A stretch of DNA of 64,000 nucleotides from positions 11,897 to 75,896 of the IMG/VR virus record IMGVR_UViG_3300036766_000032, one strand, 5' to 3'. Below are positions 25,997 through 35,948 of this stretch, piece after piece (the first letter of the stretch is position 1; each line of letters starts with the position of its first letter). The translations under genes were made by a program, and so were the position numbers. Below the pieces are notes generated by a model that saw only the letters and a list, made by a program, of their open reading frames with translations, made no database searches and was not told the DNA's origin. The DNA is from a virus.

Positions 25997-28237
25997 TTAA
26001 GCCATTGCATCTACAAACCCAAGCCCACCGATACCGCTCACCAACGGTGGGTTTAAAAGCGTCGACCATGTCGATCCGTTATCCAGCGAATCCATGACAT
26101 ATAAGTCAAACCCAATCGCCCATCTTCCGTTCCCGAATTTCATGGTATACGCATGATCTATGCTCACTCCCGGTGTGATTTCGAACCACGTTAAACCATC
26201 ATCGGTCGATTTCAGTATGAACAGTTCCCCACCCGCTTCGGCATGATTTCCAACAATCATCATCACGCCGGCATCGTTCGAAATGCCGCTTACAGTCGTT
26301 CCTGTATTTACAGTTCCGATCAATGTCCATGTCGACCCTTGATCCACTGATCGCCAAACGTCCGAACCTGTCGTCCCTGAAACGCAAATGATTATTCCGG
26401 TCGCGATGTTGTGAATTAAAGTTCCACCTCCACTGTTCGCCCAACCAACAGGGGTGACATTGACCCAGTTGAATCCGCCGTTTGTTGACTTATTCAAATA
26501 GGCAGTATTCCCCAGCGAAACATAATTGCCTGCCTGACCCGCAACGACGCCGACAATGTCTTCACTCGATATCGTCGGTCCTAAGCAGGGGGTCCATGTG
26601 AACCCCTCATCTACAGACACGACCGCTGCGACGCCGCCATATCCGACGATGACGATATCAGTCCCACGATGTCCGGCGATGTGGAATGTTCCATTCGGAA
26701 GATTTCCACCTTTCGAAATAATCGACCATCCAGTCTCACCTTTCCTGTGTGTGGTCGAATAGACGATTCTTTGTTCCCACACAACAAGCCAGCGGGTTCC
26801 TGTCCAGTACGGATCGAGTAAAATCGTGACCGGACTATCCGGGCTATACGTCAGGGATGATCGATTGCCGACACCCATCTGCGCGTTCAGTGTCCATGTG
26901 CCGCCATCATCGTCCGATGTGACCGTGTTGTAATTGTCATCGGTGAACGCGAAATATCCGTCCCCGTAAACAAGAGTCTGCACGTTGCCAAGCGCGACTG
27001 ATGCTCCCAAATCAGTCCACGTCAGCCCGTTATCGTCTGACACCCATGTTCGCAAGTTCGTACCGCTGTCAACTCCGACGACTACAGCGCGGGAGCCGGG
27101 CTTGAACGCAACCTTTATGGGACTCTGGGTCGGCGAAAGAACTATCGCCCAAGTCGCGCCGCTATCTGTCGAACGAAAAACTGAAACGCTGTTACACGCG
27201 AGGAAGGTTCCGGTTATCGGGTCTACCGCTACGCCGCCACGTGACACCGTGCCCCATAATGAAGGGGTGACTACCGTCCAAGTCGCTCCAGCAACCGAAC
27301 GGATCACGCGCCCCTTACACGCGGCAACCCAATAAGACGCCCCACGCGCGAAGCCGAATATGCCGGTGTGATTCAATGATACCGACGATGCCAACCATGA
27401 TTCACCTTCGTCGTCGGAATAGTAAATTGCCTTTGCGGTTTCACCGCCTGAATAATAATTTCCGGCGACTATGCGTCCATTCACCGGATCGTACCCAAGC
27501 GCCCCGAACGAATAGCCTGCGCTCCCCAACGTTTGCCCGTTCCATCCCCAGAAATCAGCCCCTGCCTTATCGCTGGTCTTAATCACACCTCTAAAGATGT
27601 CGACTACAACCCAATTATTCCCCGTCCATATCGCATTGGCATCGGTTTCAGCCGCGCCGCTGTGATAGAACGTGGTCGGATCAAAGCCATATGCTCCATT
27701 GTACTCATCTGCCTGTGTCACGCCTGACGACATCAACACCCACGCCGCCGTAGTCAGTTGATAGAACGCGCTCCACCCATCAAAGTAAGCCGTCCAATCG
27801 ACTTCCCCCGCATAGCCGATCAACAGCCAATTGGAGTACCGTGTGAGCGTCACCGGTCCTGTGCTCGACATCGCGAAGTCAAAGTTCTGTGTGTCCCCGA
27901 CGCCTCCTGTATTCGACATGGACGTAACCCGGAAGCTGCCGTCGATGGTGTCGCCATTGCCGAATAAGATTCGGAACACTCCGCTGCGCAACCCCCACGC
28001 TAGGTCTTCCATGTGCTGCGTAGTCACTCCGGTCTTGTACGCACCAGACCCGGAGATGGAACACGATCGGAGTCCGTAGCCGCCTTGCTTCAACTGCCGC
28101 CAGTCTCCGGACTCCGAGTTCGTGATGTCCACTGTATCCCCGCCGATCGAGAACGACTTCGAGCGGACAGCGGCGACCGTAACGTACTGGCCGCTGATGT
28201 ACGCCTTAAGAAGAAAGTCTCGGCTGCGAAAAGCCAT
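25997..28237 (-). CDS. Tail tube protein paralog fused to a long Asp-box (BNR) repeat region
   Basis: Tube domain VDIT..ESG.WRQL...G.RS.SISGSG; about ten S.D.G.TW boxes. Confidence 0.85.
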   Translation of the reverse strand: MAFRSRDFLLKAYISGQYVTVAAVRSKSFSIGGDTVDITNSESGDWRQLKQGGYGLRSCSISGSGAYKTGVTTQHMEDLAWGLRSGVFRILFGNGDTIDGSFRVTSMSNTGGVGDTQNFDFAMSSTGPVTLTRYSNWLLIGYAGEVDWTAYFDGWSAFYQLTTAAWVLMSSGVTQADEYNGAYGFDPTTFYHSGAAETDANAIWTGNNWVVVDIFRGVIKTSDKAGADFWGWNGQTLGSAGYSFGALGYDPVNGRIVAGNYYSGGETAKAIYYSDDEGESWLASSVSLNHTGIFGFARGASYWVAACKGRVIRSVAGATWTVVTPSLWGTVSRGGVAVDPITGTFLACNSVSVFRSTDSGATWAIVLSPTQSPIKVAFKPGSRAVVVGVDSGTNLRTWVSDDNGLTWTDLGASVALGNVQTLVYGDGYFAFTDDNYNTVTSDDDGGTWTLNAQMGVGNRSSLTYSPDSPVTILLDPYWTGTRWLVVWEQRIVYSTTHRKGETGWSIISKGGNLPNGTFHIAGHRGTDIVIVGYGGVAAVVSVDEGFTWTPCLGPTISSEDIVGVVAGQAGNYVSLGNTAYLNKSTNGGFNWVNVTPVGWANSGGGTLIHNIATGIIICVSGTTGSDVWRSVDQGSTWTLIGTVNTGTTVSGISNDAGVMMIVGNHAEAGGELFILKSTDDGLTWFEITPGVSIDHAYTMKFGNGRWAIGFDLYVMDSLDNGSTWSTLLNPPLVSGIGGLGFVDAMA

Positions 28238-28241
28238 TTAA

Positions 28242-28655
28242 CTACGCTCGCATCAACGTTGCGATTCCTGCGCTCTCCATACTGACGGAGTAGGTCTGCT
28301 CTGAAGTGTGCTCACCCGCGTATTCAAACGAGGTTACCTGGAACAGCCCCTGAATGATGTCGCCGTTGCCGAACACCACTTGGAACTCCTCAATCAATCC
28401 ACTGAATGCCAAGTTCTCAACGGTGTTGATCGCAGCCTCGTCCTTGAAGACGCCGGAGCCGCTTAGTGACACCGAGCGCAAGCCCGTGTCACTCATCAAC
28501 TGACGCCACGGAGCGTTGTCACTGTCTGTGATGTCCACCGAATCGTTGTTGATGCTGATCGTACGCGACCGGATACCTCCGAGCGTGCTAAATGTTTGCG
28601 GGGAAACTCCATTGCCTATCTTCAAAAGTATACTGCGTCCTTTCTGAGCGGTCAA
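28242..28655 (-). CDS. Major tail tube protein (TP901-1/GTA family)
   Basis: AQKGR..LLK, VDIT.SD...WR.L...G.RS.S.SGSGVF.D, F..T..EY.G......Y....ESAG. Confidence 0.92.
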   Translation of the reverse strand: MTAQKGRSILLKIGNGVSPQTFSTLGGIRSRTISINNDSVDITDSDNAPWRQLMSDTGLRSVSLSGSGVFKDEAAINTVENLAFSGLIEEFQVVFGNGDIIQGLFQVTSFEYAGEHTSEQTYSVSMESAGIATLMRA

Positions 28656-28672
28656 GATACACCTCCTAATTT

Positions 28673-29332
28673 TTAGTCGAATATGAAAACTCGGTCAGCC
28701 CGCATTCGCAGAACCTCCCGAGCGCCTAGTGATACTAGATACTTCTCTACTGCGTCGTCCAGATATCCGAACCGCGCACCGTAGCCCTGCTTCACTTCTA
28801 CAATCACCATCGGGTGACAGGTTTTGATCATATACTCCGCGCCCTTCAACGCGAGCAGTTCCGCTCCTTCTATGTCCAGCTTCAACAGATCGACGTCCTG
28901 GATGTTTAAGTCATCGAGTCGGTTAACTGCCAGCGCGCCGCTCCCATTGACGTTCATCCGTATGTACTTCGAACCGGTGTTCCCATCCGCTTGGTGGCGC
29001 CGGTCCCATCCTATGGACGCTGTTCCGTTGACGTCACTCAGGGCGGATTCGCGGGTAGTGATGTTCGAACAGCCCCGCTCACGGATGTTGGCTACCAGAC
29101 AGTCGAACGTCTCGCGGATGGGCTCAAAGGCGTACACGCGCTCGAATGATGCTGCCATGCTGACCGCCCACGTGCCGATGTGAGCTCCGCCGTCGATCGC
29201 CGTGCGGAAGTTGTTACAGAACGAAAGCGCTTGCGCTAGTCGGTCGAGTTGGAACCCTTCCGGGTCTGTCGCCAGAAACGCTTCAAAGTAATTATCGTCG
29301 TCTGGCAAGTTCCATCCATGAATCAGTCGCAT
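28673..29332 (-). CDS. FkbM family methyltransferase
   Basis: IDGGAHIG.W, AFEP, LKLDIEGAE. Confidence 0.9.
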   Translation of the reverse strand: MRLIHGWNLPDDDNYFEAFLATDPEGFQLDRLAQALSFCNNFRTAIDGGAHIGTWAVSMAASFERVYAFEPIRETFDCLVANIRERGCSNITTRESALSDVNGTASIGWDRRHQADGNTGSKYIRMNVNGSGALAVNRLDDLNIQDVDLLKLDIEGAELLALKGAEYMIKTCHPMVIVEVKQGYGARFGYLDDAVEKYLVSLGAREVLRMRADRVFIFD

Positions 29333-30099
29333 GCGATATCTCCTCCAGGGAGTTCCGGTGATCGTCCCATACCCTTTCGATTCCCCTTCAGGTGGTCCAT
29401 GTAGGTCGCCAGCGGGGACGTGATCCAGACATGCCCGTGTAACGCACGGGACAGGTTATTGGACTTTATGCGATAGCGGCTGCGCACCACGTCGAACACG
29501 AACGAGTCGTGCCACTCCGGCAGATCGAACACGGTGCCGTTAACATAGGTGTCTGCGAAGTCAGTTACGAAGTCGCGCACATCTGAGTTGCTGAGGTCGT
29601 AGCCCACGAAGCCGCACTCGCTATGCGTGCCCTTCCTGCCGAGGTGACACATTTGATAGCCCTCCGGGATGAGCTCGTCCAGGAATTCAGCAGGCATCGG
29701 CCTTAGCGCAACGACGTCCGAGTCGACCCAGAACAGCCGACGTTCTTTAAAGCGCAGCGACGCGTCGAATATGGCGAACACTTTACGGCAAAACTTGTTA
29801 GCGTCGAAGCGGAAGTTGTACCCGACGTCTATCTCCTTCGTCTTCCACTTACCGATGCACGAGTCCTTTCCAAACACGATCGGCGCGCGGTACTTCGCAA
29901 CGAACTTTCTGTAGTAAGGAATGTCTTCTATCTCGAATACGGAGCCTGCGTCAATGCCCGGCACTTCGACCTTGTCTTCACGATAAACTACCAAGTCAAT
30001 CTCATCGAGCGGCCAGTGCTTCTGCACGGACGTCATAAAGCGGCGCCCATACTGCTCGTAGCCCTTGGCGCTGAAGCTTGTCACCACGAGAGGTTTCAC
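29323..30099 (-). CDS. GT-A fold glycosyltransferase
   Basis: KF..KVFAI, WVDSD (DxD), ECGF, EWHDS, DHLKG. Confidence 0.75.
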   Translation of the reverse strand: MKPLVVTSFSAKGYEQYGRRFMTSVQKHWPLDEIDLVVYREDKVEVPGIDAGSVFEIEDIPYYRKFVAKYRAPIVFGKDSCIGKWKTKEIDVGYNFRFDANKFCRKVFAIFDASLRFKERRLFWVDSDVVALRPMPAEFLDELIPEGYQMCHLGRKGTHSECGFVGYDLSNSDVRDFVTDFADTYVNGTVFDLPEWHDSFVFDVVRSRYRIKSNNLSRALHGHVWITSPLATYMDHLKGNRKGMGRSPELPGGDIACD

Positions 30100-30620
30100 T
30101 CACCGTCCTCCGTGAAGGACAGTCTGTACGAGGTGTCTTTGGCGCTACGCCCCGCTGCCTCGCGGACGCGCTGCTGCCACCATGCGCGCTCCCGTATCGT
30201 GACATGACAGTCGCGCCCGTCTGGCAGAGTCTTGTGTGACGGCGACGTGGAGACGCCCAAGAACACGAAGCGAGTAGCGAGTGAGAATACCGCGTCCAGC
30301 GTTGCGGCGACCTCTTCCTCAGGGACGTGCTCCATTACATCATTACAAATCACTCCGTCAAATGGTCCGTCGGGCAGAGTGCTCATGCCCATGACGCCGG
30401 GATCATAGCAGTGCGGCAATATGCCACCCCACAGCATGTGATAGCGCCGGACGAGGTACTGATGCCCGCGCCCGCACCCGTAGTCGAGAAGCGTCTCCGC
30501 CTCCGTGACACGTACGAGCTCTGCGATCTCAGTCAAGTGTCGCTTGATAGAATGCCCGTGGAACCTCTTCGGGTTCGCGTGCATCTGCTGATATTGCTTA
30601 GCTAGCGATTCCATGATCAC
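30096..30620 (-). CDS. Class I SAM-dependent methyltransferase
   Basis: LLDYGCGRG, YDPG, DVMEHVP. Confidence 0.88.
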   Translation of the reverse strand: MIMESLAKQYQQMHANPKRFHGHSIKRHLTEIAELVRVTEAETLLDYGCGRGHQYLVRRYHMLWGGILPHCYDPGVMGMSTLPDGPFDGVICNDVMEHVPEEEVAATLDAVFSLATRFVFLGVSTSPSHKTLPDGRDCHVTIRERAWWQQRVREAAGRSAKDTSYRLSFTEDGE

Positions 30621-31252
30621 CTCACATCACTGCGAACGGTAGAGAGGAAATAGTCAGGCTTCTCCAGATCAACTACTCTGTACCCAAGCTCTCTCAGATA
30701 CGCGAGAGACGTCATCTGTGCTGCGTTCATTCTTTTCTGAACCAGCCAGATAGCCGGGCGCGCCGAGATGATCAACTCGCGCGCGCCCTTCAGCACCTCC
30801 AACTCGGCGCCATTGGTATGTATCTTTAGCAGGTCTACGTTCTTGAGTTGCTCATCGTCTAAGCGCACACAAGGCACGTCGCCATCCACACTGGCGCCGC
30901 CAGCTTGCGACCCGATCCGGCCTTTCGCTCCGACCGAGAAGTGCACCAGCCCATTGACGGTCCCGCATGCTGTGTTCTTTACAACCACGTTCTTAAGAGG
31001 GCGGGTGTTCATCAAGAGCGCTTCGAAGCTCAGCGGGTCCGGCTCGTACGCAACGACGCGCTCGAACAGCCCCGCCAGCTCAGTAGTCACCGTGCCGACG
31101 AACGCCCCGATGTCTACTGCGGTGCGCCATGCGCGGCACACCTTCCGCAACCGTCCTGTCCTCCCCATCCGGTAGCCAACCTCCGCTTCGCGTAGCGTCT
31201 TCGTGCGTATTCCTGCATCCGACGGGTAGTACCAAGTGCCTATCTGAATCAT
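30617..31252 (-). CDS. FkbM family methyltransferase (variant KIHTNG in place of KIDVEG)
   Basis: VDIGAFVG, AYEP, RLDD. Confidence 0.8.
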   Translation of the reverse strand: MIQIGTWYYPSDAGIRTKTLREAEVGYRMGRTGRLRKVCRAWRTAVDIGAFVGTVTTELAGLFERVVAYEPDPLSFEALLMNTRPLKNVVVKNTACGTVNGLVHFSVGAKGRIGSQAGGASVDGDVPCVRLDDEQLKNVDLLKIHTNGAELEVLKGARELIISARPAIWLVQKRMNAAQMTSLAYLRELGYRVVDLEKPDYFLSTVRSDVR

Positions 31253-31965
31253 GGAATTGACCGTAACAGGTGCATGTTATTCTCTTCCGGTGTTGATCCA
31301 TCTACCATCTTACGCGCCTCAGCTATCCACTGGTCCGTGTACCCACTCTTCGCCCACTGCTTCCACCACGGACCCCCTAGGGTGTAGTGTACATTAGCTG
31401 GATCACTGAGCGGTGGTTCTACATCCACTAGATGGTTCCACTTGGCGGGAAGCTCTCCTATCTCTTCATCCGCCAACCAACGGAGCTTTCGCAAGTAGTC
31501 CGCTGGAACGGCGTTCACCAGTTCCGGCGTCAGCACCTTACACCGCGCACAGTTGAAAATCATAAAGCTGGTCCAATTCTTTCGTTCATACTTCGTCTGC
31601 GCCTGTCCCAGCATCTTGGTCTCTTCCACCGGACGCTGGTCATGCTTCACGACCTGTACGGAATATGCCTTGCTGCGCAACGACCAGAGTTCCTCGACGT
31701 CGTCCAGGATCAACATATCGCAATCCATGAAGAGCGCGAACCCTTGGTAGTTCATCAGATATGGAACGAGGAACCGAGTGAAGCTGAACTCGGTCGATTG
31801 CACATCGTTAGAACGGCCTTCGAAAACGCTACGGAGCTGCCGCTTAATGAGCGGGTGAATCGTCACCGGGAAACTCGCCCGTGTCATCAGGCTGTCCACC
31901 GCCACGTGGAAGGCCAAGGATTCCGAAGAATCGTATCCAATGAAGACATCAATAGGAGACATCAC
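31249..31965 (-). CDS. GT8/CDI-like glycosyltransferase
   Basis: FIGYD, STEFSFTRFLVP, FMDCDM, RKNW, HYT.GGPW. Confidence 0.85.
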   Translation of the reverse strand: MMSPIDVFIGYDSSESLAFHVAVDSLMTRASFPVTIHPLIKRQLRSVFEGRSNDVQSTEFSFTRFLVPYLMNYQGFALFMDCDMLILDDVEELWSLRSKAYSVQVVKHDQRPVEETKMLGQAQTKYERKNWTSFMIFNCARCKVLTPELVNAVPADYLRKLRWLADEEIGELPAKWNHLVDVEPPLSDPANVHYTLGGPWWKQWAKSGYTDQWIAEARKMVDGSTPEENNMHLLRSIP

Positions 31966-32783
31966 AGCGCCCTCCCCGGCTTCAGCCGTTCCCAGACCAG
32001 TCCGGATGCGATCTCCTCAAGCGTCCACTGCGAGTAGGCCAGATTGAACGCCCACTGTTCGCGGTCCGGCATTCGCGGCTCAGCTATACGATTCAGATCA
32101 CTCTCAGCCACTGGCCACGCGATCGAGCCCTGATCCATCGCAATGACCGGGATGCCCTTCAGCACCGCCAGCCCCGCACTGGTTGAGTTCCACGTCACGA
32201 CGGCCCAAGCAAAGTCCAGGTCGTCAGCGTACGACCGTACTGAGAACTGAGTTCCAGGTATCTTGGGTGTCTCGTGCACGGCTAGAGGATGAGGTCGGAA
32301 CACGACGGGGCGATCCGTCAGCTTCTGTATCGCATACGCAGTAGAGACGCACCACTCAACGATGTTGATATTCCGCACCGACCCGTCCCAAGGAACTTGC
32401 CCGATCAGTAGGACGTGATCTCCGTTGCTGCGCCACGGCTCGATCTCAATACCAAAGTCGTACCAACGGTCAGCCGGACTGCACTCATTCATGAAATCAG
32501 CGTTCCCCATGATGTCATCCCAGCCGACTGTCCAGTGGCTGAAGCCGTCCCCGAGGACTCCATAGTCCAGGAACAGCGCGCGCCCGCCTTCCCGCTCTAC
32601 GTGTTCGATGATCCAAGGGTGCGCGACAGAGGAGTAACCGAACACGACACCCACGTCGCAGTTAGTCGGCTTGTCGCGTATGTCCGCGATGCGGTAAGAC
32701 TCGCCATTAGCCGCGAGTCCTTTCGCAAACGCCATCAAGAGTTTGTGCTGAATCTTGTCCCCGGTGGTGAAGATGGTGATCAT
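31962..32783 (-). CDS. KpsC/KpsS-like (GT107-type) glycosyltransferase paralog 4
   Basis: GQVPWD, FRPHP, VVTWNS....A...GIPV. Confidence 0.75.
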   Translation of the reverse strand: MITIFTTGDKIQHKLLMAFAKGLAANGESYRIADIRDKPTNCDVGVVFGYSSVAHPWIIEHVEREGGRALFLDYGVLGDGFSHWTVGWDDIMGNADFMNECSPADRWYDFGIEIEPWRSNGDHVLLIGQVPWDGSVRNINIVEWCVSTAYAIQKLTDRPVVFRPHPLAVHETPKIPGTQFSVRSYADDLDFAWAVVTWNSTSAGLAVLKGIPVIAMDQGSIAWPVAESDLNRIAEPRMPDREQWAFNLAYSQWTLEEIASGLVWERLKPGRAL

Positions 32784-33646
32784 ACGAACCTCCTTACAAA
32801 GCGCCACATGGCGCCGCTCGCCAGCTCCGGAATGGTCCACTGCCACCAGCAGATGTTAGCGATCCACTTTTCCCGGTCTGCCTCACTTGGAACATATAGG
32901 GAGTTAATCATATCTAAACCCCGACTGGAAATCGGTCTAGCAATGCTTGGTCCCAGGGAGATAACAGGCACTCCGTCCAGCGCCGCTTCTACACACGAAT
33001 TGCTGTTGTGAACTATGAACACGCGAGCATCCGCCAATATGGAAGACAGGGTCTCAGGAGGAGTAGAGAATCTGGAACCCTTTACGGGGGCCGCCCCTCC
33101 CCAACTCTGCTTCGGACGATAGATTATCGGAGCGTCAGTCAGTTCAGTAATGGAGTCGATGACCAGATTCGCGTACTCCGTTGCGTCCCCTAATCCATGA
33201 AATTCCGCGTTCTTCTGCGAGGGACCGGCATACACCACGTTCAGTCCACATTTGCGAATGGGATGTATCATCTTCCCGAATGTTTCTTTGATTCGCTCCC
33301 ACCTATCCGCTGGTCGGGCATCCGTCATCAAGTAAGTCAGAGGTTGAAACCCATTCAAGCTGACCTTTACATATTCCATCGAGATACCATCCTCTATGGT
33401 GGACGGAAGGCGCAAGTAGCCCTTGTCCACGTACAGCACGATCTTTCCAGCAGCTCGATATTCTTCGATCACTTGACGAGTTCTTCCAACGACTCCTCTA
33501 GTAACCGCAACGTCGACTCCTGGCTCAATCCCAGCGTACTTGTCCCGAAACGAGACACGTACACCCTCCGCAGCAAACCCGCTAGCAATGGCTCCTAGCA
33601 CGACGTGATCAAAGCCTTTGTCAGACATGTAGATTGCCACTTTCAC
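32780..33646 (-). CDS. KpsC/KpsS-like glycosyltransferase paralog 3
   Basis: DKGY, YRPK, HNSN..VEA...GVPV, QW...E..SG. Confidence 0.65.
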   Translation of the reverse strand: MKVAIYMSDKGFDHVVLGAIASGFAAEGVRVSFRDKYAGIEPGVDVAVTRGVVGRTRQVIEEYRAAGKIVLYVDKGYLRLPSTIEDGISMEYVKVSLNGFQPLTYLMTDARPADRWERIKETFGKMIHPIRKCGLNVVYAGPSQKNAEFHGLGDATEYANLVIDSITELTDAPIIYRPKQSWGGAAPVKGSRFSTPPETLSSILADARVFIVHNSNSCVEAALDGVPVISLGPSIARPISSRGLDMINSLYVPSEADREKWIANICWWQWTIPELASGAMWRFVRRFV

Positions 33647-34476
33647 AAATGCTCCTCCAAGAACGACTGGAAGATACCGCGCCGCATCTCATAGACGTTC
33701 CACTGACAACACGCAACCTTCTCGAGAAAGTTCTCCACAGCTTGTACGTCCGGGCGTAGCGGAGTTTCTATCTTGTCCAGGGGACGGCTGAATCTCATCG
33801 CGATGCCGTCATCCAAGAACACCGGGACTCCGCACTCCAGAGCCTTGATAGAAGCGTTCGAGTGATGGGACACCAGTGCCCACGCACCGGGCAGCACCGC
33901 CTCTAGTTCCCCGTCATGGTACTGCGTTCCGTCGATGGGTTGCCGGTCGTCGAACGTGTGCTTTGGAACGTACACGATCTTCCTGTCCGTGTGAAGCCGC
34001 AGCGTTTCGATCGTTTCCGTTTCCCACTGCTCCGGTGCGAATCCATAGACCTTTGCCGCCTTGGCGGACTGCCCTTGCAGGACGATGTGACCCTTCCCAG
34101 TCACGGAGAAGTCCTTCAGTCGGGAAGCGAATTTCCGATATCGGCCCTTGGGGACTATCCGATCGAAGTTCGGAGTGCCGTGCAGACCGTCCACGGCGAA
34201 TCGGTGATAGCCAGTCAATCGCCCACCCTCGGTCCTTCCCCAGTAGCCAAGATCAAGAAGCACCGTCCGGCGTCCTGCGGTCATGTACGCCTTGCGAATT
34301 TCGTTAAGTCTGCCGTGTAACCCGTAGAAGATCGCTACGTCGTGGTCAGGGACGGCGAATCCGCCGTGATATATCGCGCTCGGCGAAATATGAATGTGCG
34401 GATAGCCGCCTGTCACGGCTGAGCACAGCATCCGGGAGCGCTGCTTATCATCGTAATAGAAGGCGACTGTCTTCAC
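33643..34476 (-). CDS. KpsC/KpsS-like glycosyltransferase paralog 2
   Basis: DLGY, TDR.IV..PK, HHSN....A...GVPV, QW...E...G. Confidence 0.65.
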   Translation of the reverse strand: MKTVAFYYDDKQRSRMLCSAVTGGYPHIHISPSAIYHGGFAVPDHDVAIFYGLHGRLNEIRKAYMTAGRRTVLLDLGYWGRTEGGRLTGYHRFAVDGLHGTPNFDRIVPKGRYRKFASRLKDFSVTGKGHIVLQGQSAKAAKVYGFAPEQWETETIETLRLHTDRKIVYVPKHTFDDRQPIDGTQYHDGELEAVLPGAWALVSHHSNASIKALECGVPVFLDDGIAMRFSRPLDKIETPLRPDVQAVENFLEKVACCQWNVYEMRRGIFQSFLEEHL

Positions 34477-35315
34477 TGGAGCAGCCTCCGGAACGGCTCA
34501 CCAGACTCAAGTTCTGCAACGGACCACTGCGAGTCGGCGACGTGCTCCAGGAAGTCTTCTCGGTCTTCCGGATAGTACGGAGACTCAATGGAGTCGATAG
34601 AGTGCATCGCCATGCGCCGCGCGATGCTGTACGGACCAATTACGAACACTGGTACACCGTGGATCAAAGCGAGCATAGCGGCCTTGGAGCTCCACGTCAC
34701 CAGCGCCCAACAGTCTGCAAGGAGCTGCGGAATGGGCGCTCGGTCGATCCGCACGCCGTCCCCTGTGGTATAGGGGTCTTTGCTCCCAGGCTTCGGGTGA
34801 ATGAGGATCGGGCGATCCGTACGGTGACGAAGTTCCGTATGAATTGATTCAAGCCATTTAACAGGCATAGACACCGTGGTGTCCCGATGCCCCATCTGGC
34901 CAACAACAAGAATGTGACTGCCCGTCTTCCTCCATGGCTTGATCTCGTGCCCGAGGGCGGCGAAGCGCTCTCGGTTATCGGAGCCGTGGTCCCCCCTCCC
35001 GTTGTAGCCTTCCCGCCCTACCGTGTAGACCTTCCTACCGTCTACAGGAGTCACATACCCGTTTTCCATGACGAGCCACGAACCTCCACCAGCGGCGTGC
35101 CCCTTTCCGAGCTTCTCGGCTAGAGAGCCACGCCACGGAGTCCACGTCACCAGCGCGCATTCGGGTCGGCGGTCGAACATGTTGGTTCGTCTTAGACCCA
35201 TGACAGTCATACCCTTGTCGATGCTCGCGTGGGGATACGGGTCTACCCTCCGAACCATGTTAAAGAAAGAGGTCGCGGAGGTCATGTGTGGGGGCCTACG
35301 ATGCGAAGAATGCAT
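34473..35315 (-). CDS. KpsC/KpsS-like glycosyltransferase paralog 1
   Basis: ENGY, PWR..G.HILV.GQ, HPKP, VTWSS, QW...E..SG. Confidence 0.65.
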   Translation of the reverse strand: MHSSHRRPPHMTSATSFFNMVRRVDPYPHASIDKGMTVMGLRRTNMFDRRPECALVTWTPWRGSLAEKLGKGHAAGGGSWLVMENGYVTPVDGRKVYTVGREGYNGRGDHGSDNRERFAALGHEIKPWRKTGSHILVVGQMGHRDTTVSMPVKWLESIHTELRHRTDRPILIHPKPGSKDPYTTGDGVRIDRAPIPQLLADCWALVTWSSKAAMLALIHGVPVFVIGPYSIARRMAMHSIDSIESPYYPEDREDFLEHVADSQWSVAELESGEPFRRLLQ

Positions 35316-35393
35316 GTACCTAGAGCCGGAGGAATAGCTCGCAGATTTCCGGATTTTAGAAGCTCACGTGTGTTCTCTTCACGCTGATGGACT

Positions 35394-35948
35394 CTAGCAA
35401 AATTCATCTATCGTCTCTTTTCTAAAGCACTCAAGGGCTGAGTCTGGGTTAGCGTTCACGATGTCTATTCCCAGTTCCTTAAGAGGTTCGACCAGCGTGG
35501 GGAAGAAGGCGATCATCTTCTCTATACGCCCGGACCGCACCGGATAGCCGTCATGCCAATGCGTCCGGTCCGTGTACTTCATGTCATAGCCTAGCAGAAC
35601 GATCTTGCTTGGCTTCATCTGAGCCGCCAAGTTGATCGCTGCGAATCCGCTAGAATTGCCGGTGCGTAGCTGTCCAGGAATCAAGTCTAGCCCAAATGTC
35701 CCGGTGGCTCTGTAGTTAATCACGTCCTTGTCCTTAACCTGTCTGTCCACGGTGATCTTTATCCCTGCGTGGAGGCGGAGCGCCCCCGCGTACCAGTTCC
35801 AGAACCGCGCATCGCTGAAGTATACGTACTCGGCGCATGGGACGACCTCAAACGCACGGTTGACGGCGATGACGAACTGCCCCTTCAGCACGCGCCAATC
35901 GAACCCCACCAATGAAGGGCCACCACCGACACAGAAGATGGTCTTCAT
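35394..35948 (-). CDS. Maf/DUF115/CstII-like (sialyltransferase-type fold) protein
   Basis: VGGGPSL, IAVN, D..FW, NSSG..A..LA, IVLLGYDM. Confidence 0.7.
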   Translation of the reverse strand: MKTIFCVGGGPSLVGFDWRVLKGQFVIAVNRAFEVVPCAEYVYFSDARFWNWYAGALRLHAGIKITVDRQVKDKDVINYRATGTFGLDLIPGQLRTGNSSGFAAINLAAQMKPSKIVLLGYDMKYTDRTHWHDGYPVRSGRIEKMIAFFPTLVEPLKELGIDIVNANPDSALECFRKETIDEFC

